Below are positions 58,429 to 64,000 of a stretch of DNA of 64,000 bases, piece after piece (position 1 is the first letter of the stretch; each line of letters begins with the position of its first letter). The DNA lies in assembly GCA_937967795.1 (NCBI GenBank), contig CALBSK010000086.1, positions 1,333 to 65,332 on the forward strand, written 5' to 3'. The notes below the pieces were generated by a model. The model saw only the letters and a list, made by a program, of their open reading frames with translations. It did not search any database and was not told the DNA's origin. The stretch is from an uncultured Alphaproteobacteria bacterium (GTDB lineage: Bacteria > Pseudomonadota > Alphaproteobacteria > UBA9655). The position numbers were made by a program, and so were the translations under genes.

Positions 58429-59709
58429 CTAAAGCATCCACTTCAATGCGTCCTCAATGGAAAGTTGAACCCTTTCATCTGTGCGACGATTTTTCACTTC
58501 ACATTGGCCCAAAGCCACACCCCGAGAACCCACTATAATTTGCCAGGGAAGGCCAATAAGATCCATATCCGCAAATTTAGCTCCTGGCCCCATATCACGA
58601 TCGTCATAGAGAACGTCGATACCCCCCTGAAGGAGTTTCAAATAAATATCTTCACAGAGTTGAGAACAAGCCGCATCTTTCATATTCAGATTGAGGAGAC
58701 CCACTCTAAAGGGAGCAACACTTTCTGGCCATTTAATACCCCTTTCATCATGGTGAGCTTCAATAATAGCTCCGACAAGACGAGAGACACCGATGCCGTA
58801 TGAGCCCATTTCAACAGGAATTTGTTTGCCATCCGGTCCCATTACATAGGCATTGAAGGGAATCGAATATTTTGTACCAAAATAAAATACGTGTCCCACT
58901 TCAATACCGCGGGCTGTCTTCAGACGCTCAAGAGGTACAGGGCAGTTTTGAGAGTCATGAAGTTCATCTGAAGCTGCATAAAGAGTTTGCAAATGATCAA
59001 GGGTAAGCGTATTGACATCTAATTTTTCATAATCAACATCATAAAAAATTTCACTCTCTCCTGTTTCGGCCAAAATTTGGAATTCATGACTAAGGTTCCC
59101 TCCAATCGCTCCCGATGATGCACGAACAGGAATAGCTGTGAGATCCATCCGCGCGAAAGTTCTTACGTAAGCTTCGAGCATCGCTTGATAGGACGCTTTT
59201 GCCCCTTCGATCGTCAGATCAAAAGAATAATTATCTTTCATCAGGAATTCTCGACCTCGCATAATGCCAAATCGGGGACGAATTTCGTCCCGAAACTTCC
59301 ATTGGATGTTGTAAAAGCGTTTCGGAAGATCTCGATAACTTTTGATAAACCGAGCAAAAATTTCTGTTATCACTTCTTCGGCAGTAGGGCCATAAAGCAT
59401 GTCTCGTTCATGACGATCTTTTATACGGAGCATTTCCTTTCCATAATCATGGTAACGTCCGCTCCTCTCCCATAGTTCAGCAGGTTGAATTGTGGGCATG
59501 AGGACTTCGAGGCTCCCTGCTCGATCTTGTTCTTCTCGAACTATTTGTGCAATTTTTTTAAGAACCCGAAGGCCTAAAGGGAGCCATGAATAAATGCCTG
59601 AGGTAACTTGTGTGATCATACCTGATCTCAGCATCAATCTGTGTGAGGCAACCTGCGCTTCTTGAGGCGTTTCTTTTAAAGTTGGATAGAAAAAAAGGGA
59701 GGAACGCAT
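58429..59709 (-). CDS. proS: Proline--tRNA ligase (short form lacking the insertion editing domain)
   Basis: 426 aa with class II motifs (..[17 protein letters not shown].., ..GSYGIGVSR..) and a C-terminal anticodon-binding domain. Confidence 0.9.
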   Translation of the reverse strand: MRSSLFFYPTLKETPQEAQVASHRLMLRSGMITQVTSGIYSWLPLGLRVLKKIAQIVREEQDRAGSLEVLMPTIQPAELWERSGRYHDYGKEMLRIKDRHERDMLYGPTAEEVITEIFARFIKSYRDLPKRFYNIQWKFRDEIRPRFGIMRGREFLMKDNYSFDLTIEGAKASYQAMLEAYVRTFARMDLTAIPVRASSGAIGGNLSHEFQILAETGESEIFYDVDYEKLDVNTLTLDHLQTLYAASDELHDSQNCPVPLERLKTARGIEVGHVFYFGTKYSIPFNAYVMGPDGKQIPVEMGSYGIGVSRLVGAIIEAHHDERGIKWPESVAPFRVGLLNLNMKDAACSQLCEDIYLKLLQGGIDVLYDDRDMGPGAKFADMDLIGLPWQIIVGSRGVALGQCEVKNRRTDERVQLSIEDALKWML

Positions 59710-59723
59710 ATTTTATTGTCTCC

Positions 59724-60488
59724 TTATAGCCTAAATTCTTCTCCTAAATAAACACGACGAACAACGGTATCCGCAACGATTTCTTCAGGCTCCCCTTCTT
59801 TGAGGACAAGCCCGTCCTTAATAATATACGCTCGGTCCACAATACAAAGCATATCTCTTACATTATGATCCGTGATTAAAACGCCAATGTTTCTATCCTT
59901 AAGATGAGAAATAAGAGCCCTAACTTCTGCAACAGCAATTGGATCGATACCGGCTAACGGCTCATCAAGCAACATAAAATGCGGATTGCTGGCAAGAGCG
60001 CGTGCAATTTCAGTGCGGCGCCTTTCTCCTCCCGACAAAGAAAGAGCGGAAGAATGACGAATGTGTTTAATTGAAAATTCATCAAGAAGTATTTCAAGGC
60101 GTTCTTCTCGTATATCATAATCGGGTTCTACGATTTCTAAAATGGCTTTAATATTGTTTTCAACAGAAAGGCCGCGGAAAATGGAAGTTTCTTGAGGAAG
60201 ATATCCAATGCCTAAACGAGCCCTCCGATACATGGGAAGAAAAGTAATATTATGGTTATCTAAGAAAACAGAACCAGAATCGGCTTTAATTAAGCCCGTA
60301 ATAATAGAAAAACAGGTTGTCTTTCCCGCTCCATTAGGGCCTAAAAGCCCTACTGCTTCGCCACGTTTGACATAAAGGTTGACGTTATCAACTACGATGC
60401 GTCCAGAATAAGCTTTTCTTAAATTTTGAGCGTGCAACCCTTCTGTAACAGCAATTCTATTTTCTGATAATGACATCCAATCACTCAC
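59724..60488 (-). CDS. lptB: LPS export ABC transporter ATP-binding protein
   Basis: 254 aa with GPNGAGKTT, LSGGERRRTEIARAL and MLLDEPLAGIDP. Lies directly downstream of the lptC and lptA-like genes. Confidence 0.9.
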   Translation of the reverse strand: MSDWMSLSENRIAVTEGLHAQNLRKAYSGRIVVDNVNLYVKRGEAVGLLGPNGAGKTTCFSIITGLIKADSGSVFLDNHNITFLPMYRRARLGIGYLPQETSIFRGLSVENNIKAILEIVEPDYDIREERLEILLDEFSIKHIRHSSALSLSGGERRRTEIARALASNPHFMLLDEPLAGIDPIAVAEVRALISHLKDRNIGVLITDHNVRDMLCIVDRAYIIKDGLVLKEGEPEEIVADTVVRRVYLGEEFRL

Positions 60489-60489
60489 A

Positions 60490-61434
60490 TTACTTTATTT
60501 CCGAAGATGAAGTATGTTTTTTCTTAGCAGAAAGAGAGAAGCCACGTCTATCTTTCTGTTTTAGAGAGGGCTTTGTGTTTGAAGGAGATCGTTTGTCTTG
60601 TGCTTTCTCGGCATCTTTTGAGAAAATAATACCTGAAATACGCTTGTTCCCTTCTTTTTGAGAGAGATGAGGAGGTTGAGGAAATACTTCAGCAACATTT
60701 CTTTTAAAATCGAATTGACCATACCCGCCTTTAATGACATTTTGACCTTGAGTCAACGTAACGTTATCATAAACTTCAACGATTTCTGTTTGAGAAGAAT
60801 AAACGCCTCGATCGCCGGTTACAATGCCCTTTGGACCAGAAGCCAATATGTTCCCTTCTGCTTCCACCCGATCGAGGGCTAATTTTTCTCGTTTCTCTTC
60901 AATGCCTTCAGAAGAGGGCTTAAAATAGGCAATAAGAGTATCTGCCTCTATAACCTCTTCTTTCTCGGGGAATTGAGCGACTGCATGCCCCCGCGCAATC
61001 CCTTGATTTTTTGAATGCCAGTATTCAATGGAGTCTCTGGCTGTAAGTGTTTCCTTTGGTGTCACAATTTTTAAATTTCCTCCGGTTAGCAAGACCCGAT
61101 CAAGAGCAACATCATAATGAGCATGCTCACCATAAGCCTTTTCGGTAGGTGTTTCCATACGTACGTGACCATCGGCCGTCATTGATGTAATGTCTCGTTC
61201 TTCCGAAAAATAAACGGTCAACAAATCACCATAGACGGTGTTTATTCCTTTTTGTGCTTTAGCCAGTCCCTTGGCTACACATTTGCGGGCGAGTTCATCG
61301 CAAACAACGGATTCCTCAGCTTCAATAATAACAGGAGAGTCATCTTTACTGTTAGATAAACTATCCTGGATATGGGCATACCCCAAAGAATTACAGTTGA
61401 GAAAAGCAAGGAGAAAAAGGAATTTATTGCGCAT
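60490..61434 (-). CDS. lptA: LptA/OstA-family periplasmic LPS transport protein with basic C-terminal extension
   Basis: 314 aa with a signal peptide and OstA-like beta-jellyroll repeats (..ADGHVRM.., ..ARGHAVAQF.., ..AEGNILASGP..). The last ~60 aa are K/S-rich. The position between lptC and lptB supports the call. Confidence 0.65.
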   Translation of the reverse strand: MRNKFLFLLAFLNCNSLGYAHIQDSLSNSKDDSPVIIEAEESVVCDELARKCVAKGLAKAQKGINTVYGDLLTVYFSEERDITSMTADGHVRMETPTEKAYGEHAHYDVALDRVLLTGGNLKIVTPKETLTARDSIEYWHSKNQGIARGHAVAQFPEKEEVIEADTLIAYFKPSSEGIEEKREKLALDRVEAEGNILASGPKGIVTGDRGVYSSQTEIVEVYDNVTLTQGQNVIKGGYGQFDFKRNVAEVFPQPPHLSQKEGNKRISGIIFSKDAEKAQDKRSPSNTKPSLKQKDRRGFSLSAKKKHTSSSEIK

Positions 61435-62056
61435 GAATTTTCTTATTCTTTTTTATAGAAGATTTCTTAATCTCAACTCTAGAGGGACCTTTAAGAGTAA
61501 TCACTTTTTTCCCTTGAGTGTGGTTTTCTATCTTAAATCCGTTTTGCCCTATAAACTTTCCAGGAGGTCCTTCTCCTGCAATATAAGTATCTCCTTCAAT
61601 GACCTTATCATTCAGGGTGACATGAGCTCTTTCTGTCTCGATATAATAGCCATCTGTACTCGTGAGCGTCACTTTTCCTTCTAGATTTAAAGCTTTGATC
61701 TGTGTATCATAATGTCCTTTTTGAGCCTGAACGTTAAAAGTTTGCCCTTCTATCATTGTCATAGAACCATGGGGATTTATAAGCTTGGTAAAGGTTTCTG
61801 TTTCTTGTTGTGCCCATTCCGCATCTACCTGAAAAGGTTGTCCTTTTTCATCTGTCGAGAGATACTGGGGATGTACCATGCGATTTTCTCGAATTTCGGG
61901 GTGAGTTGAATCAACAACACCAGGATTTTCCTTGCCTAGAGAGGCAAGGTATGGCCAGCCGATGGCAAAGCCTATAGAGAGAACAATTCCTAAGGGAAGA
62001 AGAACCTTCATTGAACTCACATAACGCGAGTAACCCCGGGGTAAAGAGGATCTCAT
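61424..62056 (-). CDS. lptC: LPS export protein LptC-like
   Basis: 210 aa. N-terminal TM anchor plus an LptC-like beta-rich periplasmic domain. Lies between kdsD and lptA and overlaps lptA by 11 nt. Confidence 0.6.
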   Translation of the reverse strand: MRSSLPRGYSRYVSSMKVLLPLGIVLSIGFAIGWPYLASLGKENPGVVDSTHPEIRENRMVHPQYLSTDEKGQPFQVDAEWAQQETETFTKLINPHGSMTMIEGQTFNVQAQKGHYDTQIKALNLEGKVTLTSTDGYYIETERAHVTLNDKVIEGDTYIAGEGPPGKFIGQNGFKIENHTQGKKVITLKGPSRVEIKKSSIKKNKKIHAQ

Positions 62057-63046
62057 TTAAGCAAGACCTTCTATTAAACAATCATGAAGCCGAAGAAGAC
62101 CTACAAGCCGGCCACTCGTCTCTTCTAAGACAAATAAGTTAGTAATAGATTTTCGGTTCATAAACCCTAAAGCTTCTATAGCAAAGGAAGATGAAAAAAT
62201 TGTTTTAGGTGAAGGGGTCATCACATCTTCAACTGTTTGGGTTAATAGCGAAGGATTCATATGGCGACGTAAATCTCCATCCGTAATAATGCCGACAAGA
62301 TTTGCTTCTTTATCCAAAACGCCAATACATCCAAAACCCTTTTTCGTCATGATAACAAGAGCTTCACTCATTAAAGTACCCTTTAAGACAAGGGGCAATT
62401 CCTCAAAGGGTCGCATAACATCGACAACATGCAAGAGTTTTCGACCTAATTGCCCTCCGGGATGAAAATTTTTAAAGTCTTTTTGCGAAAATCCTTTACG
62501 CTTCAAAAGGGAAATGGCAAGAGCATCTCCAAGAGCGAGCATAAGAGTCGTTGACGTAGTGGGTGCAAGCCCCATGGGGCAGGCTTCCGTGAAAGGAGGG
62601 AGAAGGAGGGTATGACGGGCTGCCTTAGCCAGAACACTGTCCGCTCTGCAAGTAATGGCAATGATGGGAAAATCAAAACGTTTTGCATAATTGATCATAT
62701 CGAATAGTTCAGAAGTTTCCCCTGAAAGGGAAAGCATGATCAAAGTGTCCCCGGGGGTGACCATTCCTAGATCCCCGTGACTGGCTTCGCTAGGGTGCAC
62801 AAAAAAAGCGGGTGTTCCCGTAGAAGAAAAGGTAGAGGCAATTTTGTTGGCAATATGTCCACTTTTCCCAATACCAGAAAGAATCACACGGCCCTTTGTT
62901 TGAACCAAAAGGTCTAAGGCTCTTTCAAACGACTCGTCTAGACTTTGAGCCAGTTGAAGAAGGGCTTCAGCTTCAACATTTAAAACACGGCGTCCTTCTA
63001 TAAGATCATCTTTGGGAAAAAGAGGTGTTACGATTGCTTGTTGCAT
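62057..63046 (-). CDS. kdsD: Arabinose-5-phosphate isomerase (KpsF/GutQ/KdsD family)
   Basis: 329 aa. SIS domain (GIGKSGHIANKIASTFSSTG) followed by a CBS pair. Confidence 0.88.
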   Translation of the reverse strand: MQQAIVTPLFPKDDLIEGRRVLNVEAEALLQLAQSLDESFERALDLLVQTKGRVILSGIGKSGHIANKIASTFSSTGTPAFFVHPSEASHGDLGMVTPGDTLIMLSLSGETSELFDMINYAKRFDFPIIAITCRADSVLAKAARHTLLLPPFTEACPMGLAPTTSTTLMLALGDALAISLLKRKGFSQKDFKNFHPGGQLGRKLLHVVDVMRPFEELPLVLKGTLMSEALVIMTKKGFGCIGVLDKEANLVGIITDGDLRRHMNPSLLTQTVEDVMTPSPKTIFSSSFAIEALGFMNRKSITNLFVLEETSGRLVGLLRLHDCLIEGLA

Positions 63047-63091
63047 TAAAGTCTACATTCCAAAAATAATTATAGTTTTCTTTCTTTATAC

Positions 63092-63706
63092 TTAATGTTG
63101 AAAAATATCAACCTCATTCCATCCTTGAATATCGAGTTCACAGCGAGAAGGAATAAATTCAAAACAAGCTTTTGCAATGGATTCACGTCCCTCCCGTTTT
63201 AAAAGTTCCTGCAAATGGGCTTTGAGTCGATGGAGATACAGAACATCCGTTGCAGCGTATTCCATTTGTTTTTCTGAAAGACGCTCTGATCCCCAATCAG
63301 ACGTTTGTTCTTGTTTTGAGATTTCAACGCTTAAAAGTTGTTTGCAGAGATCCTTTAAGCCGTGCTTGTCTGTGAATGTACGAGAGAGTCGTGACGCAAT
63401 TTTCGTACAAAATAACGGTAAAGCTTCGGCTTTTAAATAGTATTTTAAAATGGCGTAGTCGAAGCGAGCAAAATGAAAGATTTTCTCAAGAGCTCTATCA
63501 TTTAAAAGCTTTCTTAAGTGAGGAGCTTCATAAGAAGAATTCAAGGGAAAGTGCACAAGATGACATTCACCATTTCCAGAAGAAAGCTGAACAAGTGTGA
63601 GTCGATCACGAGGGATATAAAGCCCCATGGCCTCCGTGTCGATGGCAACAGAACGACCAAAATCTAAGTCAGAGGGAATATCACCTCGATGATAATGAAT
63701 TTTCAT
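63092..63706 (-). CDS. rnd: DEDD 3'-5' exonuclease, short ribonuclease D-like
   Basis: 204 aa with exo motifs IAIDTEAMGL, H....D and YAATDVLYL. Confidence 0.8.
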   Translation of the reverse strand: MKIHYHRGDIPSDLDFGRSVAIDTEAMGLYIPRDRLTLVQLSSGNGECHLVHFPLNSSYEAPHLRKLLNDRALEKIFHFARFDYAILKYYLKAEALPLFCTKIASRLSRTFTDKHGLKDLCKQLLSVEISKQEQTSDWGSERLSEKQMEYAATDVLYLHRLKAHLQELLKREGRESIAKACFEFIPSRCELDIQGWNEVDIFQH

Positions 63707-63756
63707 GCTTTGCTTTCAATAAGTTGTATGATTTCTATGAGAAGTATACCTTTAAT

Positions 63757-63843
63757 TGGTGCCCAGGAGAAGACTCGAACTTCCACGAACTTTCGCCCAC
63801 TAGAACCTGAATCTAGCGCGTCTACCAATTCCGCCACCTGGGC
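63757..63843 (-). tRNA. tRNA-Leu (anticodon CAG)
   Basis: 87 nt. Reverse complement is GCCCAGGTGGCGGAATTGGTAGACGC..TTCAGGT loop..long variable arm..GGAAGTTCGAGTCTTCTCCTGGGCACCA. Confidence 0.93.
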
Positions 63844-63953
63844 CTTACCATTTCGTTAAAGAGATTAAGAAAAAAAGTCAATAAAAGATCATTTAATGGG
63901 TGCTTTTTCTCTTCTCCTAACCTTCACCCCTCTGAAAAATCTGTTATGAGCGA

Positions 63954-63971
63954 GTTCAGATAGAAGAGAGA
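63954..63971 (+). repeat. Dispersed repeat core, copy 3 (GTTCAGATAGAAGAGAGA)
   Basis: 17/18 match to copies 1 and 2. The flanks (TGAGCgAGTTCAG... and ...GGATGAGC) also align with copy 1 with one indel. An inverted partner TCTGAA lies at 63931-63936. The window ends 29 nt later. Confidence 0.75.
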
Positions 63972-64000
63972 CAAGTTGGATGAGCTTCGCTACAGCGCTA

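Noticed and set aside
61238-61684. Long antisense or alternative-frame ORFs in the track, for example 61238-61684 (148 aa), 26299-26694, 26531-26887, 7531-7884, 12410-12760, 49509-49874, 34901-35230, 32144-32467 and 37195-37512.
   Set aside because: Each lies entirely inside, or antisense to, a well-supported conserved gene (lptA/lptC, lolE, trmJ, tricorn, acs, prfA, ftsH, rodZ). Their products are low-complexity or compositionally odd and have no recognisable motifs. They are typical shadow ORFs.
63936-63947. 12-nt identity (AAAATCTGTTAT) between the flank of repeat copy 3 and the anticodon/variable-arm region of tRNA-Leu(CAA), considered as an att-like partial tRNA duplication.
   Set aside because: A 12-mer match between an 87-nt query and this window is about what chance predicts. 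The identity does not extend, and it matches a different tRNA from the adjacent one.
1-64000. Scan for CRISPR arrays, tandem repeats, rRNA, tmRNA/RNase P-sized structured RNAs, prophage, restriction-modification, toxin-antitoxin or other defence genes.
   Set aside because: I saw no regularly spaced direct repeats. No non-coding gap exceeds about 520 nt, and the four largest gaps are AT-rich or filled with IS debris. No ORF shows nuclease/methylase pairs, Abi, TIR, STAND or similar defence-type motifs. This was visual inspection only; covariance-model searches (Rfam/Infernal) would be needed to exclude small ncRNAs.

Overview
This 64-kb window is gene-dense and moderately AT-rich, and almost all of it is housekeeping. 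The gene content looks alphaproteobacterial: DUF1013, a TIGR02300 zinc-ribbon protein, DUF465, a HIG1-like twin-TM protein, a short alpha-type SerC and ProRS, and an rnd-kdsD-lptC-lptA-lptB block. The combination of IS debris and compact overlapping operons suggests a host-associated, Holosporales/Rickettsiales-like lineage, but that is inference only.

I can support about 65 protein genes:
- Aminoacyl-tRNA synthetases: cysS, gltX, hisS, proS.
- Translation and RNA processing: rpsA, prfA, tilS, ybeY.
- Envelope and lipoprotein/LPS transport: lolCDE-type genes, lnt, lptCAB, kdsD, gmhB-like, degP, dsbA-like.
- DNA metabolism: rarA, uvrD, radC, dut.
- Central metabolism: pfk, acs, gpsA, serC, sodB, carbonic anhydrase.

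There are four tRNA genes: Leu-CAA, Arg-TCT, Ser-CGA and Leu-CAG. I saw no rRNA, no CRISPR array, no intact mobile element and no recognisable defence, toxin-antitoxin or phage module.

Three modules look accessory:
- A translationally coupled pair made of a polytopic membrane protein and a GT2/GtrA fusion (4719-7432).
- A 1060-aa tricorn-protease homolog (11945-15127).
- A complete LssB/LssD/TolC-type type I secretion system with no substrate gene next to it (53408-58391).

The most unusual signal at the sequence level is a dispersed 17-18-nt core, GTTCAGATAGAAG(R)GAGA. It occurs at four loci, always inside decayed transposase debris, and three of those loci lie next to a tRNA gene. All four tRNA genes in the window have IS-like remnants or repeat copies within a few hundred nt.

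I did not find a convincing previously undescribed multi-gene system. The findings below are ranked with that in mind.
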